64,000 nucleotides of DNA, from the NCBI GenBank assembly GCA_964016885.1, contig OZ024744.1, forward strand, positions 113,770,001-113,834,000, written 5' to 3'. The notes under the pieces were generated by a model. That model made no database searches, was not told the DNA's origin, and saw only the letters and a list, made by a program, of their open reading frames with translations. This DNA comes from Eledone cirrhosa. Taxonomy: Eukaryota. Below, piece after piece: positions 18,001-36,000 of this stretch (position 1 is the stretch's first letter; every line of letters begins with the position of its first letter). The position numbers and the translations under genes are program-made.

Positions 18001-21000
18001 TCATCACCATCAACAGTAGTAACATTGTCATCACCATCAACAGTAACAACAGTCATCACCATCAACAGTAGCAACATTGTCATCAGCATCAACAGTAGTA
18101 ACATTGTCATCACCATCAACAGTAGTAACATTGTCATCACCATCATCAGTATCAAAATTGTCATCACCATCAACAGTAACAACATTGTCATCACCATCAA
18201 CAGTAGTAACATTGTCATCACCATCAACAGTAGTACCATTGTCATCACCATCAACAGTAGTAACATTGTCATCACCATCAACAGTAGTAACATTGTCATC
18301 ACCATCAACAGTAACAACATTGTCATCACCATCAACAACACTGTCATCACCATCAACAGTAGTAACATTGTCATCACCATCAACAGTAATAACATTGTCA
18401 TCACCATCAACAGTAGTAACACTGTCATCACCATCAACAACATTGTCATCACCATCAACAGTAACAACATTGTCATCACCATCAACAGTAACAACACTGT
18501 CATCACCATCAACAGTAGTAACATTGTCATCACCATCAACAGTACCAACATTGTCATCACAATCAACAGCAAAAACATTGTCATCACCATCAACAGTAAC
18601 AACACTGTCATCACCACCAACGGTAGTAACACTGTCATCACCATCAACAGTAACAACATTGTCATCACCATCAACAGTACTAACATTGTCATCACCATCA
18701 ACAGTAGTAACACTGCCATCACCATTAACAACATTGTCATCACCATCAACAGTAACAACATTGTCATCACCATCAACAGTAGTAACATTGTCATCACCAT
18801 CAACAGTAACAACACTGTCATCACCATCAACAGTAACAACACTGTCATCACCATCAACAGTAACAACACTGTCATCACTATCAACACTAACAACATTGTC
18901 ATCACCATCGACAGTAACAATATTGTCATCACCATCAACAGTAACATTGTCATCACCATCAACAGTAACAACATTGTCATCACCATCAACAATAGTAACA
19001 CTGTCATCACCATCTACAGTAACAACATTGTCATCACCATCAACAGTAATAACATTGTCATCACCATCAACAGTAACAACATTGTCATCACCATCAACAG
19101 TCACAACATTGACATCCCCATCAACAGTAACAACATTGTCATCACCATCAACAGTAGTAACATTGTCATCACCATCAACAGTAGTAACATTGTCATCACC
19201 ATCAACAATAGTAACACTGTCATCACCATCAACAGTAACAACATTGTCATCACCATCAACAGTAATAACACTGTCATCACCATCAACAGTAACACCATTG
19301 TCATCACCATCAACAGTAACAACATTGTCATCACCATCAACAGTAACAACATTGTCATCACCATCAACAGTAACAACATTGTCATCACCATCAACAGTAA
19401 CAACACTGTCATCACCATCAACTGTAACAACATTGTAATCACCATCAACAGTAACAACATTGTCATCACCATCAACAGTAGTAACATTGTCATCACCATC
19501 AACAGTAGTAACACCGTCTCACCATCAACAGTAACAACATTGTCATCACCATCAACAGTAACAACATTGTCATCACCACCAACAGTAACAACACTGTCAT
19601 CACCATCAACAGTAACAACATTGTCATAACCATCAACAGTAGTAACATTGTCATCACCATCAACAGTAGTAACACCGTCTCACCATCAACAGTAACAACA
19701 TTGTCATCACCATCAACAGTAACAACATTGTCATCACCATCAACATCAACAGTAGTAACATTGTCATCACCATCAACAGTAACAACACTGCCATCACTAT
19801 CAACAGTACCAACATTGTCATCACCCTCAACAGTAACAACATTGTCATCACCATCAACAGTAGTAACATTGTCATCACCATCAACAGTAGTAACATTGTC
19901 ATCACCATTAACAGTAACAACATTGTCATCACCATCAACAGTAGTAACACTGTCATCACCATCAACAGTAGCAACATTGTCATCACCATCAACAGTAACA
20001 ACATTGTCATCACCATCAACAGTAGTAACAATGTCATCACCATCAACAGTAACAACATTGTCATCACCATCAACAGTAACAACATTGTCATCACCATCAA
20101 CAGTAGTAACACTGTCATCACCATCAACAGTAACAACATTGTCATCACCATCAACACTAGTAACATTGTCATCACCATCATCAGTAACAACATTGTCATC
20201 ACCATCAACAGTAACAACATTGTCATCACCATCAACAGTAGTAACATTGTCATCACCATCAACAGTAGTACCATTGTCATCACCATCAACAGTAACAACA
20301 TTGTCATCACCATCAACAGTAGTAACATTGTCATCACCATCAACAGTAACAACACTGTCATCACCATCAACAGTAACAACATTGTCATCACCATCAACAG
20401 TAACAACATTGTCATCACCATCAACAATAGTAACACTGTCATCACCATCAACAGTAACAACATTGTCATCACCATCAACACTAACAACACTGTCATCACC
20501 ATCAACAGTAACAACATTGTCATCACCATCAACAGTAACAACATTGTCATCACCATCAACAGTAACAACATTGTCATCACCATCAACAGTAACAACATTG
20601 TCATCACCATCAACAGTTATAACATTGTCATCACCATCAACAGTTATAACATTGTCATCACTATCAACAGTAGTAACATTGTCATCACCATCAACAGTAG
20701 TAACACTGTCATCACCATCAACAGTAGTAACACTGTCATCACCATCAACAGTAGTAACATTGTCATCACCATCAACTGTAGTAACATTGTCATCACCATC
20801 AACAGTAACAACAGTCATCACCATCAACAGTAGTAACATTGTCATCACCATCAACAGTAGTAACATTGTCATCACCATCAACAGTAGTAACATTGTCATC
20901 ACCATCATCAGTAACAACATTGTCATCACCATCAACAGTAACAACATTGTCATCACCATCAACAGTAGTAACATTGTCATCACCATCAACAGTAGTACCA

Positions 21001-24000
21001 TTGTCATCACCATCAACAGTAGTAACATTGTCATCACCATCAACAACACTGTCATCACCATCAACAGTAGTAACATTGTCATCACCATCAACAGTAGTAA
21101 CATTGTCATCACCATCAACAGTAATAACATTGTCATCACCATCAACAGTAGTAACACTGTCATCACCATCAACAGTAACAACATTGTCATCACCATCAAC
21201 AGTAACAACATTGTCATCACCATCAACATTAACAACATTGTCATCACCATCAACAGTAACAACACTGTCATCACCATCAACAGTAGTAACATTGTCATCA
21301 CCATCAACAGTACCAACATTGTCATCACCATCAACAGTAACAACATTGTCATCACCATCAACAGTAACAACACTGTCATCACCACCAACAGTAGTAACAA
21401 TGTCATCACCATCAACAGTAACAACATTGTCATCACCATCAACAGTAACAACAGTCATCACCATCAACAGTAGTAACACTGCCATCACCATTAACAACAT
21501 TGTCATCACCATCAACAGTAACAACATTGTCATCACCATCAACAGTAGCAACATTGTTATCACCATCAACAGTAACAACATTGTCATCACCATCAACATC
21601 AACAGTAGTAACATTGTCATCACCATCAACAGTAGTACCATTGTCATCACCATCAACAGTATTTACATTGTCATCACCATCAACAACACTGTCATCACCA
21701 TCAACAGTAGTAACATTGTCATCACCATCAACAGTAGTAACATTGTCATCACCATCAACAGTAGTAACATTGTCATCACCATCAACAGTAGTAACATTGT
21801 CATCACCATCATCAGTAACAACATTGTCATCACCATCAACAGTAACAACATTGTCATCACCATCAACAGTAGTAACATTGTCATCACCATCAACAGTAGT
21901 AACAATGTCATCACCATCAACAGTAACAACATTGTCATCACCATCAACAGTAGTAACATTGTCATCACCATCAACAGTAACAACACTGTCATCACCATCA
22001 ACAGTAACAACACTGTCATCACCATCAACAGTAACAACACTGTCATCACTATCAACAGTAACAACATTGTCATCACCATCAACAGTAACAATATTGTCAT
22101 CACCATCAACAGTAACATTGTCATCACCATCAACAGTAGTAACACTGTCATCACCATCAACAGTAACAACATTGTCATCACCATCAACAATAGTAACACT
22201 GTCATCACCATCAACGGTACCAACATTGTCATCACCATCAACAGTAATAACATTGTCATCACCATCAACACTAACAACACTGTAATCACCATCAACAGTA
22301 ACAACATTGTCATCACCATCAACAGTCACAACATTGTCATCACCATCATCAGTAACAACATTGTCATCACCATCAACAGTAGTAACATTTTCATCACCAT
22401 CAACAGTAGTAACATTGTCATCACCATCAACAATAGTAACACTGTCATCACCATCAACAGTAACAACATTGTCATCACCATCAACAGTAATAACATTGTC
22501 ATCACCATCAACAGTAACAACACTGTCATCACCATCAACAGTAACAACATTGTCATCACCATCAACAGTAACAACATTGTCATCACCATCAACAGTAACA
22601 ACATTGTCATCACCATCAACAGTAACAACACTGTCATCACCATCAACAGTAACAACATTGTAATCACCAACAGTAACAACATTGTCATCACCATCAACAG
22701 TAGTAACATTGTCATCACCATCAACAGTAGTAACACCGTCTCACCATCAACAGTAACAACATTGTCATCACCATCAACAGTAACAACATTGTCATCACCA
22801 TCAACAGTAACAACACTGTCCTCACCATCAACAGTAACAACATTGTCATCACCATCAACAGTAGTAACATTGTCATCACCATCAACAGTAGTAACACCGT
22901 CTCACCATCAACAGTAACAACATTGTCATCACCATCAACAGTAACAACATTGTCATCACCATCAACAGTAACAAAATTGTCATCACCATCAACATCAACA
23001 GTAGTAACATTGTCATCACCATCAACAGTAACAACACTGCCATCACTATCAACAGTACCAACATTGTCATCACCATCAACAGTTATAACATTGTCATCAC
23101 CATCAACAGTAGTAACATTGTCATCACCATCAACAGTAGTAACACTGTCATCACCATCAACAGTAACAACATTGTCATCACCATCAACAGTAGTAACATT
23201 GTCATCACCATCAACAGTAGTAATATTGTCATCACCATCAACAGTAACAGCATTGTCATCAACATCAACATTGGTAACATTGTCATCACCATCAACAGTA
23301 ACATTGTCATCACCATCAACAGTAGTAACATTGTCATCACCATCAACAGTAGTAACATTGTCATCACCATCAACAGTAGGAACATTGTCATCACCATCAA
23401 CAGTAGTAACAATGTCATCACTATCAACAGTAACAACATTGTCATCACCATCAACAGTAGTAACATTGTCATCACCATCAACAGTAACAACACTGTCATC
23501 ACCATCAACAGTAACAACACTGTCATCACCTTTAACAGTAACAACATTGTCATCACCATTAACAGTAGTAACATTGTCATCACCATCAACAGTAACAACA
23601 TTGTCATCACCATCAACAATAGTAACACTGTCATCACCATCAACAGTAACAACATTGTCATCACCATCAACAGTAACAACATTGTCATCACCATCAACAG
23701 TCACAACATTGTCATCACCATCAACAGTAGTAACACTGTCATCACCATCAACAGTAACAACATTGTCATCACCATCAACAGTAACAACATTGTCATCACC
23801 ATCAACAGTAGTAACATTGTCATCACCATCAACAGTAACAACACTGTCATCACCATCAACAGTAGTAACACTGTCATCACCATCAACAGTAACAACATTT
23901 TCATCACCATCAACAGTAACAACATTGTCATCACCATCAACAGTAGTAACATTGTCATCACCATCAACAGTAACAACACTGTCATCACCATCAACAGTAG

Positions 24001-27000
24001 TACCATTGTCATCACCATCAAAAGTAGTAACATTGTCATCACCATCAACAGTAGTAACATTGTCATCACCATCAACAGTAACAACACTGTCATCATCATC
24101 AACAGTAACAACATTGTCATCACCATCAACAGTAGTAACATTGTCATCACCATCAACAGTAGTAACATTGTCATCACCATCAACAGTAGTAACATTGTCA
24201 TCACCATCAACAGTAGTAACACTGTCATCACCATCAACAGTAACAACATTGTCATCACCATCAACAGTAACAACATTGTCATCACCATCAACAGTAACAA
24301 CACTGTCATCACCATCAACAGTAACATTGTCATCACCATCAACAGTAACAACACTGTCATCACCATCAACAGTAACAACACTGTCATCACCATCAACAGT
24401 AACAACACTGTCATCACCATCAACAGTAACAACATTGTCATCACCATCAACAGTAGTAACATTGTCATCACCATCAACAGTAATAACATTGTCATCACCA
24501 TCAACAGTAGTAACATTGTCATCACCATCAAAAGTAACAACACTGTCATCACCATCAACAGTAACAACACTGTCATCACCATCAACAGTAGTAACATTTT
24601 CATCACCATCAACAGTAATAACATTGTCATCACCATCAACAGTAGTAACACTGTCATCACCATCAACAGTAACAACATTGTCATCACCATCAACAGTAGT
24701 AACACTGTCATCACCATCAACAGTAACAACATTGTCATCACCATCAACAATAATAACATTGTCATCACCATCAACAGTAACAACACTGTCATCACCATCA
24801 ACAGTAACAACATTGTCATCACCATCAACAGTAACAACATTGTCATCACCATCAACAGTAACAACATTGTCATCACCATCAACAGTAATAACATTGTCAT
24901 CACCATCAACAGTAGTAACACTGTCATCACCATCAACAGTAACAACATTGTCATCAGCATCAACAGTAGTAACACTGTCATCACCATCAACAGTAACAAC
25001 ACTGTCATCACCATCAACAGTAGCAACATTGTCATCACCATCAACAGTAGTAACACTGTCATCACCATCAACAGTAACAACATTGTCATCACCATCAACA
25101 GTAGTAACATTGTCATCACCATCAACAGTAGTAACATTGTCATCACCATCAACAGTAACAACATTGTCATCACCATCAACAGTAACAACACTGTCATCAC
25201 CATCAACAGTAACAACACTGTCATCACCATCAACAGTAACAACATTGTCATCACCATCAACAGTAACAACATTGTCATCACCATCAACAGTAACAACATT
25301 GTCATCACCATCAACAGTAGTAACATTGTCATCACCATCAACAGTAGTAACATTGTCATCACCATCAACAGTAGTAACACTGTCATCACCATCAACAGTA
25401 ACAACACTGTCATCACCATCAACAGTAGTAACATTGTCATCATCATCAACAGTAACAACATTGTCATCACCATCAACAGTAACAGCATTGTCATCACCAT
25501 CAACAGTAGTAACACTGTCATCACCATCAACAGTAACAACACTGTCATCACCATCAACAGTAGTAACATTGTCATCACCATCAATAGTAGTAACATTGTC
25601 ATCACCATCAACAGTAGTAACATTGTCATCACCATTAACAGTAGCAACACTGTCATCACCATCAACAGTAACAACATTGTCATCACCATCAACAGTAACA
25701 ACATTGTCATCACCATCAACAGTAACAACACTGTCATCACCATCAGCAGTAACAACACTGTCATCACCATCAACAGTAACAACATTGTCATCACCATCAA
25801 CAGTAACAACAATGTCATCACCATCAACAGTAACAACACTGTCATCACCATCAACAGTAGTAACATTGTCATCACAATCAACAGTAACAACACTGTCATC
25901 ACCATCAACAGTAACAACATTTTCATCACCATCAACAGTAACAACATTGTCATCACCATCAACAGTAGTAACATTGTCATCACCATCAACAGTAACAACA
26001 CTGTCATCACCATCAACAGTAGTACCATTGTCATCACCATCAACAGTAGTAACATTGTCATCACCATCAACAGTAGTAACATTGTCATCACCATCAACAG
26101 TAGTAACATTGTCATCACCATCAACAGTAGTAACACTGTCATCACCATCAACAGTAACAACATTGTCATCACCATCAACAGTAACAACATTGTCATCACC
26201 ATCAACAGTAACAACACTGTCATCACCATCAACAGTAACATTGTCATCACCATCAACAGTAGTAACATTGTCATCACCATCAACAGTAACAACACTGTCA
26301 TCACCATCAACAGTGACAACATTGTCATCACCATCAACAGTAGTAACATTGTCATCACCATCAACAGTAATAACGTTGTCATCACCATCAACAGTAGTAA
26401 CATTGTCATCACCATCAACAGTAGTAACACTGTCATCACCATCAATAGTAACAACATTGTCATCAGCATCAACAGTAGTAACACTGTCATCACCATCAAC
26501 AGTAGTAACATTGTCATGTCCATCAACAGTAACAACACTGTCATCACCATCAACAGTAGTACCATTGTCATCACCATCAACAGTAGTAACATTGTCATCA
26601 CCATCAACAGTAGTAACATTGTCATCACCATCAACAGTAGTAACATTGTCATCACCATCAACAGTAGTAACACTGTCATCACCATCAACAGTAACAACAT
26701 TGTCATCACCATCAACAGTAACAACATTGTCATCACCATCAACAGTAGTAACATTGTCTTCACCATCAACAGTAGTAACATTGTCATCACCATCAACAGT
26801 AACAACATTGTGTTAACCACCAACAGTAACAACACTGTCATCACCATCAACAGCAACAACACTGTCATCACCATCAACAGTAACAACATTGTCATCACCA
26901 TCAACAGTAACAACATTGTCATCACCATCAACAGTAACAACATTGTCATCACCATCAACAGTAGTAACATTGTCATCACCATCAACAGTAGTAACACTGT

Positions 27001-30000
27001 CATCACCATCAATAGTAACAACATTGTCATCAGCATCAACAGTAGTAACACTGTCATCACCATCAACAGTAGTAACATTGTCATCACCATCAACAGTAGT
27101 AACACTGTCATCACCATCAACAGTAACAACATTGTCATCACCATCAACAGTAACAACATTGTCATCACCATCAACAGTAACAACATTGTCATCACCATCA
27201 ACAGTAACAACACTGTCATCACCACCAACAGTAACATTGTCATCACCATCAACAGTAACAACATTGTCATCACCATCAACAGTAACATTGTCATCACCAT
27301 CAACAGTAGTAACACTGTCATCACCATCAACAGTAGTAACATTGTCATCACCATCAACAGTAACAACACTGTCATCACCATCAACAGTAACAACATTGTC
27401 ATCACCATCAACAGTAGTAACATTGTCATCACCATCAACAGTAATAACACTGTTATCACCATCAACAGTAACAAAATTGTCATCACCATCAACAGTAGTA
27501 ACATTTTCATCACCATCAACAGTAATAACATTGTCATCACCATCAACAGTAGTAACACTGTCATCACCATCAACAGTAACAACATTGTCATCACCATCAA
27601 CAGTAGTAACACTGTCATCACCATCAACAGTAACAACATTGTCATCACCATCAACAATAATAACATTGTCATCACCATCAACAGTAACAACACTGTCATC
27701 ACCATCAACAGTAACAATATTGTCATCACCATCAACAGTAACAACATTGTCATCACCATCAACAGTAACAACATTGTCATCACCATCAACAGTAATAACA
27801 TTGTCATCACCATCAACAGTAGTAACACTGTCATCACCATCAACAGTAACAACATTGTCATCAGCATCAACAGTAGTAACACTGTCATCACCATCAACAG
27901 TAACAACACTGTCATCACCATCAACAGTAGCAACATTGTCATCACCATCAACAGTAGTAACACTGTCATCACCATCAACAGTAACAACATTGTCATCACC
28001 ATCAACAGTAGTAACATTGTCATCACCATCAACAGTAGTAACATTGTCATCACCATCAACAGTAACAACATTGTCATCACCATCAACAGTAACAACACTG
28101 TCATCACCATCAACAGTAACAACACTGTCATCACCATCAACAGTAACAACATTGTCATCACCATCAACAGTAACAACATTGTCATCACCATCAACAGTAA
28201 CAACATTGTCATCACCATCAACAGTAGTAACATTGTCATCACCATCAACAGTAGTAACATTGTCATCACCATCAACAGTAGTAACACTGTCATCACCATC
28301 AACAGTAACAACACTGTCATCACCATCAACAGTAGTAACATTGTCATCATCATCAACAGTAACAACATTGTCATCACCATCAACAGTAACAGCATTGTCA
28401 TCACCATCAACAGTAGTAACACTGTCATCACCATCAACAGTAACAACACTGTCATCACCATCAACAGTAGTAACATTGTCATCACCATCAATAGTAGTAA
28501 CATTGTCATCACCATCAACAGTAGTAACATTGTCATCACCATTAACAGTAGCAACACTGTCATCACCATCAACAGTAACAACATTGTCATCACCATCAAC
28601 AGTAACAACACTGTCATCACCATCAACAGTAACATTGTCATCACCATCAACAGTAGTAACATTGTCATCACCATCAACAGTAACAACACTGTCATCACCA
28701 TCAACAGTAACAACACTGTCATCACCATCAACAGTAACAACATTGTCATCACCATCAACAGTAGTAACATTGTCATCACCATCAACAGTAATAACATTGT
28801 CATCACCATCAACAGTAGTAACATTGTCATCACCATCAACAGTAGTAACAGTGTCATCACCATCAACAGTAGTAACATTGTCATCACCATCAACAGTAGT
28901 AACACTGTCATCACCATCAACAGTAACAACATTGTCATCACCATCAACAGTAGTAACACTGTCATCACCATCAACAGTAACAACACTGTCATCACCATCA
29001 ACAGTAGCAACATTGTCATCACCATCAACAGTAGTAACACTGTCATCACCATCAACAGTAACAACATTGTCATCACCATCAACAGTAGTAACATTGTCTT
29101 CACCATCAACAGTAGTAACATTGTCATCACCATCAACAGTAACAACATTGTGTTAACCATCAACAGTAACAACACTGTCATCACCATCAACAGTAACAAC
29201 ACTGTCATCACCATCAACAGTAACAACATTGTCATCACCATCAACAGTAACAACATTGTCATCACCATCAACAGTAACAACATTGTCATCACCATCAACA
29301 GTAGTAACATTGTCATCACCATCAATAGTAGTAACACTGTCATCACCATCAATAGTAACAACATTGTCATCAGCATCAACAGTAGTAACACTGTCATCAC
29401 CATCAACAGTAGTAACATTGTCATCACCATCAACAGTAGTAACACTGTCATCACCATCAACAGTAACAACATTGTCATCACCATCAACAGTAACAACATT
29501 GTCATCACCATCAACAGTAACAACACTGTCATCACCATCAACAGTAACATTGTCATCACCATCAACAGTAGTAACATTGTCATCACCATCAACAGTAACA
29601 ACACTGTCATCACCATCAACAGTAACAACACTGTCATCACCATCAACAGTAACAACATTGTCATCACCATCAACAGTAGTAACATTGTCATCACCATCAA
29701 CAGTAATAACATTGTCATCACCATCAACAGTAGTAACATTGTCATCACCATCAACAGTAACAACACTGTCATCACCATCAACAGTAACAACACTGTCATC
29801 ACCATCAACAGTAGTAACATTTTCATCACCATCAACAGTAATAACATTGTCATCACCATCAACAGTAGTAACACTGTCATCACCATCAACAGTAACAACA
29901 TTGTCATCACCATCAACAGTAGTAACACTGTCATCACCATCAACAGTAACAACATTGTCATCACCATCAACAATAATAACATTGTCATCACCATCAACAG

Positions 30001-33000
30001 TAACAACACTGTCATCACCATCAACATTGTCATCACCATCAACAGTAACAACATTGACATCACCATCAACAGTAACAACATTGTCATCACCATCAACAGT
30101 AATAACATTGTCATCACCATCAACAGTAGTAACACCGTCATCACCATCAACAGTAACAACATTGTCATCAGCATCAACAGTAGTAACACTGTCATCACCA
30201 TCAACAGTAACAACACTGTCATCACCATCAACAGTAGCAACATTGTCATCACCATCAACAGTAGTAACACTGTCATCACCATCAACAGTAACAACATTGT
30301 CATCAACATCAACAGTAGTAACATTGTCATCACCATCAACAGTAGTAACATTGTCATCACCATCAACAGTAACAACATTGTGTTAACCATCAACAGTAAC
30401 AACACTGTCATCACCATCAACAGTAACAACACTGTCATCACCATCAACAGTAACAACATTGTCATCACCATCAACAGTAACAACATTGTCATCACCATCA
30501 ACAGTAACAACATTGTCATCACCATCAACAGTAACAACATTGTCATCACCATCAACAGTAGTAACATTGTCATCACCATCAGCAGTAGTAACATTGTCAT
30601 CACCATCAACAGTAGTAACACTGTCATCACCATCAACAGTAACAACACTGTCATCACCATCAACAGTAGTAACATTGTCATCATCATCAACAGTAACAAC
30701 ATTGTCATCACCATCAACAGTAACAGCATTGTCATCACCATCAACAGTAGTAACACTGTCATCACCATCAACAGTAACAACATTGTCATCACCATCAACA
30801 GTAACAACATTGTCATCACCATCAACAGTAACAACACTGTCATCACCATCAACAGTAACATTGTCATCACCATCAACAGTAGTAACATTGTCATCACCAT
30901 CAACAGTAACAACACTGTCATCACCATCAACAGTAACAACACTGTCATCACCATCAACAGTAACAACATTGTCATCACCATCAACAGTAGTAACATTGTC
31001 ATCACCATCAACAGTAATAACATTGTCATCACCATCAACAGTAGTAACATTGTCATCACCATCAACAGTAACAACACTGTCATCACCATCAACAGTAACA
31101 ACACTGTCATCACCATCAACAGTAGTAACATTTTCATCACCATCAACAGTAATAACATTGTCATCACCATCAACAGTAGTAACACTGTCATCACCATCAA
31201 CAGTAACAACATTGTCATCACCATCAACAGTAGTAACACTGTCATCACCATCAACAGTAACAACATTGTCATCACCATCAACAATAATAACATTGTCATC
31301 ACCATCAACAGTAACAACACTGTCATCACCATCAACATTGTCATCACCATCAACAGTAACAACATTGACATCACCATCAACAGTAACAACATTGTCATCA
31401 CCATCAACAGTAATAACATTGTCATCACCATCAACAGTAGTAACACCGTCATCACCATCAACAGTAACAACATTGTCATCAGCATCAACAGTAGTAACAC
31501 TGTCATCACCATCAACAGTAACAACACTGTCATCACCATCAACAGTAGCAACATTGTCATCACCATCAACAGTAGTAACACTGTCATCACCATCAACAGT
31601 AACAACATTGTCATCACCATCAACAGTAGTAACATTGTCATCACCATCAACAGTAGTAACATTGTCATCACCATCAACAGTAACAACATTGTGTTAACCA
31701 TCAACAGTAACAACACTGTCATCACCATCAACAGTAACAACACTGTCATCACCATCAACAGTAACAACATTGTCATCACCATCAACAGTAACAACATTGT
31801 CATCACCATCAACAGTAACAACATTGTCATCACCATCAACAGTAACAACATTGTCATCACCATCAACAGTAGTAACATTGTCATCACCATCAGCAGTAGT
31901 AACATTGTCATCACCATCAACAGTAGTAACACTGTCATCACCATCAACAGTAACAACACTGTCATCACCATCAACAGTAGTAACATTGTCATCATCATCA
32001 ACAGTAACAACATTGTCATCACCATCAACAGTAACAGCATTGTCATCACCATCAACAGTAGTAACACTGTCATCACCATCAACAGTAGTAACATTGTCAT
32101 CACCATCAATAGTAGTAACATTGTCATCACCATCAACAGTAGTAACATTGTCATCACCATTAACAGTAGCAACACTGTCATCACCATCAACAGTAACAAC
32201 ATTGTCATCACCATCAACAGTAACAACATTGTCATCACCATCAACAGTAACAACACTGTCATCACCATCAACAGTAACAACACTGTCATCACCATCAACA
32301 GTAACAACATTGTCATCACCATCAACAGTAACAACAGTCATCACCATCAACAGTAACAACACTGTCATCACCATCAACAGTAGTAACATTGTCATCACAA
32401 TCAACAGTAACAACACTGTCATCACCATCAACAGTAACAACATTTTCATCACCATCAACAGTAACAACATTGTCATCACCATCAACAGTAGTAACATTGT
32501 CATCACCATCAACAGTAACAACACTGTCATCACCATCAACAGTAGTACCATTGTCATCACCATCAACAGTAGTAACATTGTCATCACCATCAACAGTAGT
32601 AACATTGTCATCACCATCAACAGTAACAACACTGTCATCATCATCAACAGTAACAACATTGTCATCACCATCAACAGTAGTAACATTGTCATCACCATCA
32701 ACAGTAGTAACATTGTCATCACCATCAACAGTAGTAACATTGTCATCACCATCAACAGTAGTAACACTGTCATCACCATCAACAGTAACAACATTGTCAT
32801 CACCATCAACAGTAACAACATTGTCATCACCATCAACAGTAACAACACTGTCATCACCATCAACAGTAACATTGTCATCACCATCAACAGTAGTAACATT
32901 GTCATCACCATCAACAGTAACAACACTGTCATCACCATCAACATTGTCATCACCATCAACAGTAGTAACATTGTCATCACCATCAACAGTAATAACATTG

Positions 33001-36000
33001 TCATCACCATCAACAGTAACAGCATTGTCATCACCATCAACAGTAGTAACACTGTCATCACCATTAACAGTAGCAACACTGTCATCACCATCAACAGTAA
33101 CAACATTGTCATCACCATCAACAGTAACAACATTGTCATCACCATCAACAGTAACAACACTGTCATCACCATCAACAGTAACAACACTGTCATCACCATC
33201 AACAGTAACAACATTGTCATCACCATCAACAGTAACAACACTGTCATCACCATCAACAACACTGTCATCACCATCAACAGTAGTAACATTGTCATCACCA
33301 TCAACAGTAGCAACACTGTCATCACCATCAACAGTAACAACAATGTCATCACCATCAACAATAATAACATTGTCATCACCACCAACAGTAACAACACTGT
33401 CATCACCATCAACAGTAACAACATTGTCATCACCATCAACAGTAACAATATTGTCATCACCATCAACAGTAACAACATTGTCATCACCATCAACAGTAGT
33501 AACATTGTCATCACCATTAACAGTAGCAACACTGTCATCACCATCGACAGTAGTAACATTGTCATCACCATCAACAGTAACAACACTGTCATCACCATCA
33601 ATAGTAACAATATTGTCATCACCATCAACAGTAACATTGTCATTACCATCAACAGTAGTAACATTGTCATCACCATCAACAGTAACAACACTGTCATCAC
33701 CATCAACAGTAACAACATTGTCATCACCATCAACAGTAGTAACATTGTCATCACCATCAACAGTAATAACATTGTCATCACCATCAACAGTAGTAACACT
33801 GTCATCACCATCAACAGTAACAACATTGTCATCACCATCAACAGTAGTAACATTGTCATCACCATCAACAGTAACAACATTGTCATCACCATCAACAGTA
33901 GTAACACTGTCATCACCATCAACAGTAACAACATTGTCATCACCATCAACAATAATAACATTGTCATCACCATCAACAGTAACAACACTGTCATCACCAT
34001 CAACAGTAACAACATTGTCATCACCATCAACAGTAACAACATTGTCATCACCATCAACAGTAATAACATTGTCATCACCATCAACAGTAGTAACACTGTC
34101 ATCACCATCAACAGTAACAACATTGTCATCACCATCAACAGTAGTAACACTGTCATCACCATCAACAGTAACAACACTGTCATCACCATCAACAGTAGCA
34201 ACATTGTCATCACCATCAACAGTAGTAACACTGTCATCACCATCAACAGTAACAACATTGTCATCACCATCAACAGTAGTAACATTGTCTTCACCATCAA
34301 CAGTAGTAACATTGTCATCACCATCAACATTAACAACATTGTGTTAACCATCAACAGTAACAACACTGTCATCACCATCAACAGTAACAACACTGTCATC
34401 ACCATCAACAGTAACAACATTGTCATCACCATCAACAGTAACAACATTGTCATCACCATCAACAGTAACAACATTGTCATCACCATCAACAGTAGTAACA
34501 TTGTCATCACCATCAACAGTAGTAACACTGTCATCACCATCAACAGTAGTAACATTGTTATCACCATCAACAGTAACAACATTGTCATCACCATCAACAG
34601 TAACAACACTGTCATCACCATCAACAGTAGTAACATTGTTATCACCATCAACAGTAACAACATTGTCATCACCATCAACAGTAACAGCATTGTCATCACC
34701 ATCAACAGTAGTAACACTGTCATCACCATCAACAGTAACAACACTGTCATCACCATCAACAGTAGTAACATTGTCATCACCATCAATAGTAGTAACATTG
34801 TCATCACCATCAACAGTAGTAACATTGTCATCACCATTAACAGTAGCAACACTGTCATCACCATCAACAGTAACAACATTGTCATCACCATCAACAGTAA
34901 CAACATTGTCATCACCATCAACAGTAACAACACTGTCATCACCATCAACAGTAACAACACTGTCATCACCATCAACAGTAACAACATTGTCATCACCATC
35001 AACAGTAACAACACTGTCATCACCATCAACAACACTGTCATCACCATCAACAGTAGTAACATTGTCATCACAATCAACAGTAACAACACTGTCATCACCA
35101 TCAACAGTAGTAACATTGTCATCACCATCAACAGTAGTAACATTGTCATCACCATCAACAGTAGCAACACTGTCATCACCATCAACAGTAACAACAATGT
35201 CATCACCATCAACAATAATAACATTGTCATCACCACCAACAGTAACAACACTGTCATCACCATCAACAGTAACAACATTGTCATCACCATCAACAGTAAC
35301 AATATTGTCATCACCATCAACAGTAACAACATTGTCATCACCATCAACAGTAGTAACATTGTCATCACCATTAACAGTAGCAACACTGTCATCACCATCG
35401 ACAGTAGTAACATTGTCATCACCATCAACAGTAACAACACTGTCATCACCATCAATAGTAACAATATTGTCATCACCATCAACAGTAACATTGTCATTAC
35501 CATCAACAGTAGTAACATTGTCATCACCATCAACAGTAGTAACACTGTCATCACCATCAACAGTAACACCATTGTCATCACCATCAACAGTAACAACACT
35601 GTCATCACCATCAACAGTAACAACACTGTCATCACCATCAACAGTAACAACATTGTCATCACCATCAACAGTAGTAACATTGTCATCACCATCAACAGTA
35701 ATAACATTGTCATCACCATCAACAGTAGTAACACTGTCATCACCATCAACAGTAACAACATTGTCATCACCATCAACAGTAGTAACATTGTCATCACCAT
35801 CAACAGTAACAACATTGTCATCACCATCAACAGTAGTAACACTGTCATCACCATCAACAGTAACAACATTGTCATCACCATCAACAATAATAACATTGTC
35901 ATCACCATCAACAGTAACAACACTGTCATCACCATCAACAGTAACAACATTGTCTTCACCATCAACAGTAACAACATTGTCATCACCATCAACAGTAACA